Positions 27,601 through 36,600 of a DNA stretch of 64,000 nt are shown in pieces. Both the position numbers and the translations under genes were made by a program. Position 1 is the first letter of the stretch. Each line of letters starts with the position of its first letter. This DNA is from Malacoraja senta (lineage: Eukaryota). The stretch is taken from NCBI GenBank assembly GCA_038087875.1, contig CM075988.1, forward strand, positions 22,074,001 through 22,138,000, given 5' to 3'. The notes beneath the pieces were generated by a model, which was not told where the DNA came from, made no database searches, and was given only the letters and a program-made list of their open reading frames with translations.

Positions 27601-29714
27601 ATTTCTATGAAATAAAAACTACAAAGAGAAATGTGACCATTCCATGTCAAAGGAAATGAAATGGGGTTGCTTATACTTGGTAGAAACAGTAGCACAAAAA
27701 AATTATGCCAAAAAAAGCACCTTGAGGCAGCTCTGCCATTCAATCATTGAAGAACAACCAATATCAATTACCCAGTAACTTATTTTCCCGCATGCCCTTT
27801 TCTCCATCTTCAAACAGCTACCTATAAATGGGGCATTTATAGTAGCAAACTAACCAGCACATTTTCAAGATGTTGAAGAAAACTGGATCACCGTGGGGGG
27901 TAGGATCCCACAAAGGCACATGAACAATGTGAAAATGCCATATTGAAAACAAAAGATAGCAGGATTAAACTCAGATCAAAAGAGATGTGAAGCAGCAGCA
28001 ATAACTGCTATGCCACCATGACGCTTACATGAACTTTTGGGAATATCCCAATGGGTGAAAAGGACCTTCAAATTGAGTTACAGAGATATTAAGTAGGACG
28101 GGAAGAGATTCAAGAGAGTTTATTGCCCTGTGTCCCAGATAGGACAATGAAATTCTTGCTTTGCTTCAGCACAACAGAATTATAGAAGGCATGAATACAG
28201 AACAGATCAGTGTGTCCATATACCATTGTATAAATATATACACACATGAATAAATAATGAATGAAAGTGGGTTTTGAAGAACATGTCAAAACAAAGTAAG
28301 AGGGGTATAGATGGGAAATCCCTGACTTCAGGTTTATGACAGCTGAATAGTCATAATAAACGGCTAGATCACGATGCAAATTGACTTAAGGGCGACACTA
28401 TTAAGAGGCATTAACTGAAAACTGATGCAAGCCAGGGAGCACTGGGGATTTGGGCGAAAGATAGAACAGTACATCACAGGACCAGGTCCTTTAGCCCACA
28501 ATGTCTCTGCTGAACATGATGCCTACTTAACCTAATGTCCTCTGCCTGCATGCGAATCATATCCATGACGAAAACGTGACGGAATTTTGGGGGATGTTTT
28601 TAAGTTTACAGGGAGGCAAAATGAGAGCGGTCACATGTAATGCAGAGGTAACAAATGTTCCAGTCTCACTGCATTCGCTGTTTCAAACGTTCTAGGCCTC
28701 CTTCACATCTGGCAAATAAAATTGAGAATACATTGGAGACAGCAATATTTTCTTTAAATATTTACGCGTGCAAAAACACCTATGATCACAATTAATGATC
28801 AACACCAGTACTTGAATCAATAGCCAACAGCTTGATTCATTAATGGAAAAAGGGGCAAGGAGCATTCCTATCATCATCAAAACGTGTAGTCTGTGTTGCA
28901 CAGAATCTTTGGGAAGAGCTGCCTGCAAGTTCTGGAACATGTGTCGACAGAAGATATTTTGGGTCAGGACACCCTTCTGAAGACCAGCACTAAGTTTTGC
29001 TCAACATTCCATCACCTGCAAGTTCAATGAGACCTGATACTTAAATGGAGACACAAGGAACTGCAGATGCTGGAATCACGAGCAATACCCCAAAGTGCTG
29101 GCGAAACTCAACGGTACAGGCAGCATCTGTGGAAGGAGTGGGCAGCTGATGTTTTCGAGTTGGGGCCCTTCTGCAGACCCATCCCCATTAAACATTGCAA
29201 TCATATCGGCTTCATGTGGTGGAACAGATCTGACAGCAATATCTAAGCGGCATTTAAACACCAACAGGCAGGGAATAGAGGAATACGGACATGAACAAGG
29301 GCCCGCACCCGAAACGTCGTCAATCCATCTCCCTCCACAGATGCTGCCTGACCCGCTGAGCTTCTCCCAGCAGTGTCCTGTTACTTAACACGACTCCTTC
29401 ACCAATCATTTTAAGATTTCCAAATACATGATTAAGCCACACTGCGTCCCGCGTCCAGTGTACTTAGGCCAGAGGTCGAGAGGTTTCCTACCGATCTGCC
29501 CGATGAACTCCACTTTAATGCCTTGATGCTCGAACCTTTTGCCCGGGTTTTTCAGGCTGACGTTCACCTTCCCGGACACGGTCTCGCCGTCGTAGAACAA
29601 GAAGTATTTATCCTTCTTGCCGTCCTCCGTCTTGTGCTCCACTTTTTTGCGCGTCTCGGCATCGTTGAGCACGACGTCGATCTCCGCGCTCTGCCCGAAG
29701 CTGAAGAAGCTCAT
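12497..29714 (-). CDS. VPS26B: Vacuolar protein sorting 26B (retromer subunit); 6 coding exons joined: 29492-29714, 17913-18069, 16236-16400, 14448-14623, 13366-13508, 12497-12634 (1002 nt, 333 aa)
   Basis: Translation MSFFSFGQSAEIDVVLND...HQGIKVEFIGQIELYYDRGNHHEF...[40 protein letters not shown]...EEERRYFKQQEITLWRKGDIVRKSMSHQAAIASQRYEG. All introns are GT-AG and phases join without stops. The C-terminus is B-type, and the gene is head-to-head with NCAPD3 as in other vertebrates. Confidence 0.96.
13366..13508 (-). CDS. VPS26B: VPS26B coding exon 5 (143 nt)
   Basis: tttag|GTGAATCC; ESIPIRLFLAGYELTPSMRDINKKFSVRYYLNLVLIDEEERRYFKQQ; donor GTAAAT. Confidence 0.95.
14448..14623 (-). CDS. VPS26B: VPS26B coding exon 4 (176 nt)
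   Basis: ctccag|[33 protein letters not shown]...EIMDGAPVRG; donor GTGAGT. Confidence 0.95.
14778..15050 (+). mobile_element. V-SINE/HE1-like SINE copy
   Basis: Same family as 10214-10490. Confidence 0.75.
16236..16400 (-). CDS. VPS26B: VPS26B coding exon 3 (165 nt)
   Basis: ttcag|GTACTTT; YFLRATISRRLND...[22 protein letters not shown]; donor GTATGT. Confidence 0.95.
17494..17699 (-). mobile_element. LTR-retrotransposon remnant: short LTR (17523-17699) followed by a tRNA-Leu primer-binding site
   Basis: Minus strand TGTTAT...AATAAA...CCAACA is immediately followed by TGGTGTCAGAAGTGGGAT, complementary to the tRNA-Leu 3' end including CCA. Confidence 0.75.
17913..18069 (-). CDS. VPS26B: VPS26B coding exon 2 (157 nt)
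   Basis: ttttaatag|AACTGTAC; ELYYDRGNHHEFVSLVKDLARPGE...YTGQNVKLR; donor GTGAGT. Confidence 0.95.
19141..19361 (-). mobile_element. Short Penelope-terminus element
   Basis: 13-bp TSD GAGTTATTTGGTA at 19128-19140 and 19362-19374. Confidence 0.75.
19375..21078 (-). mobile_element. Tc1-family transposon remnant (IR/DR type), one TIR, decayed transposase, interrupted at 19769-20504
   Basis: TA|CAGTGCCCTCCATAATGTTTGGGACA with an inner direct repeat at about 19565. Peptides GRPRKT...DDRRIL, WPSQSPDLNPIEH and LVMSMNRRFQAVIACKGSATKY*. Confidence 0.9.
19769..20504 (+). mobile_element. Non-LTR/SINE-like insertion nested in the Tc1 transposase
   Basis: Splits the KLKGT|SPQNK coding sequence; GC-rich internal subrepeats (GCCTACAACATCTTGAAGCCGCG); ends AATAAA + (GATT)n. 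Confidence 0.7.
24165..24590. mobile_element. PIF/Harbinger-type MITE
   Basis: TIRs AGGGCCTGTCCCA / TGGGACAGGCCCT (imperfect to about 35 bp); TTA on both flanks (3-bp TSD); no ORF. Confidence 0.85.
25365..25947 (+). mobile_element. Rex1/Babar-like LINE 3' fragment
   Basis: NFYRCTIESILTNCITVWYGNC...[10 protein letters not shown]...NSFFPAAV; AATAAA and a (TCTGAA)n tail. Confidence 0.85.
26155..26650 (-). mobile_element. Older Rex1/Babar-like LINE fragment
   Basis: KELVFDFRK...KKAHQSLYFLRRLKKF...LQRVV. Confidence 0.75.
27000..27243 (-). mobile_element. V-SINE/HE1-like SINE copy
   Basis: Reverse complement of the same family. Confidence 0.7.
29492..29714 (-). CDS. VPS26B: VPS26B coding exon 1 (223 nt)
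   Basis: ATG at 29714; MSFFSFGQSAEID...EFIGQI; donor G|GTAGG. Confidence 0.95.
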
Positions 29715-30577
29715 GGTGTCCCCGCGGCTGTGGTCGGGTCAGGTCGCGGCGGTTGGCGAGGCCTTTGGCCCAGAGGGAGGGAGGGAAGGAGCGGCTGCCC
29801 CGGAGCAGCGGCTGTGAAGAAGCACGGGGTGGGGGGGGCGCGGCTGTCTTAGAAGTGAGAAGGGCCAAGCGTTACCAGGCCCACTCTGATCCCCGGTCTT
29901 TCCCTACGGAGCGGCGGCGCCGACCTCTCCCCCCCCCCGGTCTCAGCGACTGCCAGCACCAACCTCACATCGCGCATGCGCCGGCATCGCCAGCCACCCT
30001 GCACACACAGCGCGCATCGTCCCCTTTGCCCCGCACCCAGCGCGCGTGCGCCCGGTTTGCCCCGCACCCAGCGCGCGTGCGCCCGGTTTGCCCCGCACCC
30101 AGCGCGCGTGCGCCCGGTTTGCCCCGCACCCAGCGCGCGTGCGCCCAGTTTGCCCCGCACACAGCGGCGCACGCGCATGCAGAGACATCATGTGACCGTG
30201 GAGCCTTTTTTCCCCCACACAAACCGAGATGTTTCCCTTCAACATTCCTCAGCGGAGGAATCGCGCCCCGGTATTAAATGCGTCCTCACCCTCGCCTGTT
30301 AATGCCCCTCAGCATTTTTAAATATGCTCCAGTTATTATTATTATTCTTTTTTTCAACCCGCCTCCGGAACCGACTGCGCAGGCGCGAAAACGCCTTCCC
30401 CGTCGCGGGAAATACAAACGTTAAATATATGTGATGAGGCGGAATATTATCATTATTAATAAGAATCATAATTACAGTCGGTATTACACGCCAGCAGCAG
30501 TAGTAGTGGTGAAGTGAGACTGGAGCGCGGGCTTTGGCTGGCGGCCCGAGTGCGGTGGCGGTGTTTTGGCGGGAACA
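29715..30577. promoter_or_regulatory. Bidirectional CpG-island promoter and 5' UTRs of VPS26B and NCAPD3
   Basis: CpG-dense 863 bp between divergent ATGs. NRF1-like GCGCA(T/C/G)GCGC motifs at about 29972, within the repeat units and at about 30377. E2F-like GCGCGAAA (about 30383) and GCGGGAAA (about 30405). M-box/CLEAR-like TCATGTGAC at 30188-30196. Confidence 0.8.
30025..30170. repeat. 31-bp GC-rich minisatellite, 4 full copies plus a partial copy
   Basis: Unit TTTGCCCCGCACCCAGCGCGCGTGCGCCCGG starts at 30025, 30056, 30087 and 30118, with a partial copy at 30149. Confidence 0.95.
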
Positions 30578-30638
30578 ATGGCCGGAGCGGCGGCGGTGCG
30601 GGAACTGGAGAGGCTCGGGCTGCGACGGATCAGCGCCG
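30578..30638 (+). CDS. NCAPD3: NCAPD3 exon 1 (61 nt coding)
   Basis: acaATGG Kozak context; [20 protein letters not shown]; donor G|GTAACA; phase 1 fits exon 2. Confidence 0.8.
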
Positions 30639-33600
30639 GTAACACGGGCGGGGGAGGGGGGGAGGAGAGCGGGGATCAGCGCCGGTTACACGGAGTGGGC
30701 AGCGGGGTAACGGGGAGAGCGAGGGGATCAGAGCCGGTAACGGGGAGCGGGGGAATACAGCACCGGGGTAACGGTGGAGCTGGCAGAACGGGGAGGGGGT
30801 AACGGGAAGATGCGGGCATCTGTCATTATTTTGTGCAAAAATGTTTCTTTACCTAATTCATGAAAGCCTGGCACCATTCATTGTTTACGCTGTGATTGTT
30901 TATTGGAGGAAATCGACATCTTCATGCTGTCACGAAATTTCTTCAGACTAGATACCAAAATAGCATTATGTAACTGGCGAGTCCAAAATTGGGATTCTAT
31001 GGGTACCTTTGATTCAAGTTGTAGTTTTGTTTATAAATTGGCTGTAGCTGGTTGGCAAAGAATCGGGGAGAGAGAGTTGGTTGGCATGTCAGTGAGGATA
31101 GATTATAGTTGATAATGGGGTTGATGGGACTACAGTTTAAAGTTGAGAAACTTGAGGATCTAAATGTCATGAAAAAAATATTTTAATAAATGCAATCTTT
31201 CTGCATTTAAATGTTTATTGCTAGCAACCAAGTGATAATGTTTGGGCAGTTTTCCTGTGCTATGATAACATGTCACTTCTGTGATTTGAAATCGGGCAAC
31301 AGAGTAGTTGAGATGAGTAGAAACATTCCATTGGAGTTCTATAGGCCAGAGAAACTGTGATAATTGTATTCAGGCTGAAGTTGGTCGATTTTTAAGTATA
31401 TGTGAATAAGGCAAACCTTCAATAAGTGAGTTCGGTATTTCAACTGCGCATGCCCAGGTCATCGGTCACTCGAGATAAGCATTCTCGGCAGCTGGGCTGC
31501 TGCGTGTGTGCAGACCTGTGTTTTGGTCGGGGTCGGGGTCGGGCCGGGGTCTCCGGCGCTGCGGGTGCTCTTGAGTTGCTGCTGGGCTGTCCCTGTCCAG
31601 GGGCGGGCGGAGGTGGCCCGGGCTGGCGAGGCGCCGGCCCATAGCTGTGGCTGGCGCGGAAGGCAGGCGCTGGCTCCAGCTCCTGGGGCGGGGGGGCGTT
31701 CCCCAGTGGGCCTGGGACCGTCGGCTGCACCTCTCGCCTTGTCCGGTGGTTGTCGATTGGCCCCCGCAGTGCCGGCGGGCGCCGGTCATCGACGGGAATT
31801 CATGCGGGGTGCTGCAGTGACTCAGCGGGTCAGGCAACATCTCTGGAGAAGGATCTCGACCTGAAACGTCACCTATTCCTTTTCTCCAGGGATGCTGCCA
31901 GTCCCGCTTAGTTGCTCCAGCATTATTTGTGTGTCCCCGTTGATAGCTGGTGCTCGGCTTTCGCCAGTGCCGGGGGGGGGTTGACTGACGGCCGCTGGAT
32001 GAGATGGGAGGTGCAGCTGGCAGTCCCCGGCCCGTTGGGGAGCGGGTTCTTTGGGAGTTGGAGCGGGGATGGGCTGGGTTTGGAGCTTCTTCCCCGCACT
32101 GGCTGTGGGCCTGGGGTCGCCACCGATGTCCCGTCGGTCCGGGTTCGCCCCGGACGTCTCCAGCCACCCCTGGATGGGGATGGGACGCTCGGGAGGGGAC
32201 GGGACGGCACAGTCCAGTGGCAGTTCGGCAGCGCTTGCGGCGCTGAAGGCCCACGTTCAATCCTGGCTGCAGATGGGATGCTGGTGGCTCAGAGGGTGTG
32301 GGAGGGGGGTGTGGGGCAGAGGGGAGTGTGTGGGTGAGGGGCTGTGGGGAGGAGGGGGTGGTGGGGGGGTATGTGGGCGGGGAGGGTGTGGAGGGGAGGG
32401 GGTTGTGTGGGGGGGAGGGGGGGAGAGACCTCGGAAAAAAGACGGGGGAAGAACCATGGGGTAGAGGGGGTATCACGGAGGAGTGGGGCAGGAGTCAACG
32501 AGGGGGGACCAGAGGGGAAAGGGCTGGAGCTGGGGGACGGTGCGATGGGGACTCACAGCGGGCGGATCAGTAATGCTGAGTAAGGTGGGGGGAAATCGTA
32601 GCGCTATCGTGTACAGTTTTTGCGCAAATAGAAAAACCACAAGATCAGAGTTTTAGTTATGTAGAGATAGATGTTATGTAATTTCTTGCATTATTCCTGT
32701 TAATTTTTGGCAGATATATTGAATCTTGATGTTTATATTTTCAGCATGGGTGGATACGATATGGGAGGTGGATTTTACAGAGACTGAACCGTTAGATGAA
32801 ATCTTGGAAGAGGAGATTACAGAAAATGCACTTGTGGCATTCTCCCAACTTTATAAGAGTATCTTTAAGTTTGTTGACCGGTCGAAACAAGATGTGGAAG
32901 TGGGCGTACGTATTCTGGCTGAAACATGCTGAAACCAAGTTGTTATCAATGCAAGTTAAAGGCATACAAAATGTGTTGGAAGGAACTGAAGATGCTGCCT
33001 TTCACCGAAGATAGACACAAAATGCTGGAGTAACTCAGCAGGACAGGCACCATTTCTGGAGAGAAGGGATGGGATTCAGAAGAAGGGTCTCTACCCAAAA
33101 CGTCCCCCATCCCTTCTTTCCAGAGATGCTGCCTGTCCCGCTGAGTTGCTCCAGCATTTTGTGTCTATCTTCAGCGTAAACCAGCATCTCCAGTTCCAAG
33201 TTAAAGGCAACATTTGCCTTGCTTTCATTGTAGATATATTTTTTAATGGACATTATGATCTACACTCTTGCTACACTCAAATATCCATTCCTTGCATTTA
33301 AGGCATCTGTAAATGTGTATGATAATTCAGTTAATTGTTGATTTAGTGGGGCCACAATTGTTTACACAATATTCTCCTCATTGTGATGTAATGACATTTC
33401 ACTCCAATAACCTTATGGCGGGCGGTTCATATTACAAAAGCAACTTTTAATTTTCTTATGTTGGTTGATAATACTTACTGATTGTTTATTCAAGAGCTGG
33501 TTAACCTTGTATGTATGTATATACATATCCAATGCAAGCTCTAAAGTCTTATGGACAAGTATTGTAAGAAGCAGAAACAAGGAACTGCAGATGCTGGTTA

Positions 33601-36600
33601 ACAAAAAAAGACACAAAGTGCTGGAGTCACTCGGATGGTCAGGCAGCATCTTTGGAGAACATGGATAGGTGATGTTTCAGACCAAGACCCTTCTTCAGAT
33701 TGATTGTGTTGGGGGTGAAGAAAGCTAAAAGACAGGCGGGAGAGACAAAGCCTGGCAAGTGAAACAAGTGTTTACAAGTGAGAAAGGTTTTTAATAGACA
33801 AGTTGTTGGACAATGAGCTTTTATTCTCAGCTACACCTGCCTCCAACCAAACCTGGTAGTATGTGCAGAATGCATTTTTGGATTATCTAGTAGAGGTGAT
33901 TAACTTTTCACAACCATTTTTATTTTGCATAAAATCTATTTGGTCCAAAACCATGGTGTTTGGATCTTAATTTGTGAGCTATTCATCTGAAGAAGTGTAT
34001 TAGATTCAAGTTTCAAGAGAGTTTATTGTCATGAGTCCCATATAAGACAATGGAATTCTTGCTTTGCTTCAACACAACAGAATATAGAAAGCATAAATAA
34101 ATACAGAACAGATCAGTGTGACCATATACCAATGAATACATATATACACACATAAATAAACAGATAAAGTGCAATGGGCTATTAATGATCAGAGTTTTGT
34201 TTGAGTTGAGATTAATAGCCTGATGGCTGTGGGAAGCAGCTATTCCTGAACCTGGATGTTGCAGATTTCAGGCTCCTGTACCTTCTACCTGATGGCAGTG
34301 GGGAGATGAGTGAGTGGTCAGGATGGTGTGGATCCTTGATTATGCTGGCAGCCTTTTTGAGGCAGCGACTGCGATAGATGATGGACTGGGCAGTGTTTAC
34401 AACTTTTTGCAGTAATCTCTGATTAGGAGAACACAGTGAATTGAAGCAGGAGGAAAATATGTGCTAGGATTAAAAACTAACATTAGTTTTGCTGTAGGAA
34501 AACATTTATTTTGAATTCTGTGGCCTACTAATTGATTTTCTATTTTGGCTCATTTATTTCTGGAATGAAGTGACCTTTCGTAAGCTTTTCTTTGTCAAGT
34601 TGCCATCACATCAGTGCTAGTATAGCCAAGTTCTTCCAGTTCCTCATCCAATATCTAAAAATGTGACCTCACATACTCAAGGCAACTGTGGACTTTTGAA
34701 GCCATTTTCCTCTGAATGTATCGTGACCAAGCCAGAAATTAGCTGGTTATTTCTGTTGCCCTAAACCTCTGAGTTTGTCATAAAGTTCAGCTTTGCATAT
34801 ATTTCAATTTTGAAATCAGATGGTGTGATCGCACAAGATGGGAGAAGGAAAGAGAAGTTGTGTAGAACATGCCTGCATTTAGACTACTGTAATAAGTGGA
34901 TCATTTATAATTTACATCTTGCTGAGTTTCATAAAGTTGCCAGATCTCTGGCGCTGTCAGGCAGCAACTCTACCACTGTGCCGCCCTATTCTTTCACTTC
35001 CATAAACGTTGCCTTACAACAGCATCTAGAAGGTAACTTGTGTAAATTGAGGGCTGCATGGAATATTATCCAGTATGTAAGAAGTATTCTGATGTTCCCA
35101 GGAATGCAGGCTGTGAATTTAATAAGATCAAGGATTTATTTTCTCTATTTACTAGATTGAGAATTCAGAATACACCAACTCTCATAGGACAACACTTGAC
35201 TCCTGTTTATTAGTTGTTTTGTCAATTTAACCCTATTTAGTTAATTAATAATAATAATAATACATTTATTTTGTATAGTGCTTTTCAAGGACTCAAAGTC
35301 ACTTTACATGGAGAGTCAAGAACAAAACAAAATAGAGCAGTAAGACAGAGATGCAAAGGGGAGGGGGACATGGGACTAAGGGTATGCAGAGGTGAAGAGA
35401 TGGGTCTTGAGGCGGGACTGGAGGATGGTGAGGGACTCAGAATTTCGGATCAATTGTGGGAGGGAGTTCCAGAGCCTGGGAGAACTTTTTAAATGCCAAG
35501 CAACATCTCTTTTCCCGTTCCATATTTACTCGTGTCACAATCATCGCATTCTATTCAGCTGTGCCGGGAAAACATCAATCCTGACTTTACTTTAAACCCA
35601 TTAAATACGAAAATAGGTGATTTGCTTTCAGTGAGGCGAGAGTGAGATAAATTGGAATAGAAGCAAGAGGAGACATTTAAAGAGAACTTTTCTCCTGCTG
35701 CTTCTCGAATATTTTAATCACGTCCTGTTTAAGTAATCGAGCAATGATGCTACAATGCTGGAAAGAATTTCTACAAGGTTGCTTACAAAATGTTATTTCG
35801 CACTGTTTTTTGATTTTTCTTTGTCAACATTGTGAAGAATGTGTTCAGCTAATCCTACATTAAATCTAAAATAGACACAAAATGCTGGAGTAACTCAGCA
35901 AGTCCGGAGAAAAGGAATAGATGACGTTTTGGGTCAGAAATCTTTTTATGTCTGAACAAGGGTTCCGATCTGAATCACCACGTACTACTTTCCTCCAGAG
36001 CTGCTGCCCTTCCTGCTGAGTTACTCCAACATTTTGTCTGTCTTCAATGTAATCCAGCATCTGCAGTTCCTTCCTGCACCTACATTAAATCTGCCTGCCT
36101 TAGATTATGGGTGTAATTTTTTTTTAATTGTATCAATTTTTTATTTCTGAATGTTAATCCATATTTGTATTTAGGATGTTTGGACAGTGTTTGCGGAGAA
36201 TAATCTCTCCCATCGAGCACTTGTTGCTGTGTTACATCACTTTATCCATGTGGTTCAGGATACAAAGGCTACTGTCACCCAGAGACAATGTGCCTTAAAT
36301 GCAGCTGGGCTGTATTTCCTGCTCCTTGAAATCCCAGGTGAGATTATACAGTTCATCCATTGCTTAGCAGTAGAATCTAAGTTGACAGCAATAAATCTTT
36401 TTTATCGTAATGCAGCATTCTGTATAGAATTATAACCTCAATACGTTATTTTGAATCAATTAAATAACAGTGAAAATAAATGGAAAAGGGTGGAAAAGGA
36501 AAGCTTATCGGGAATAGCCCACAGATTGCCATTCAGCAAACAAGACATATTTACAATCTCAAAAAGTGCAAGTCATTATGCAGGCAATTATTTAATTGTG

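Noticed and set aside
30025..30170. CRISPR-like regular repeats
   Set aside because: Head-to-tail units with no unique spacers, eukaryotic context and no cas genes.
31426..32583. Overlapping GC-rich ORFs (up to 336 aa) in NCAPD3 intron 1
   Set aside because: Low-complexity ORFs open on both strands because of high GC; probably transposon-derived.
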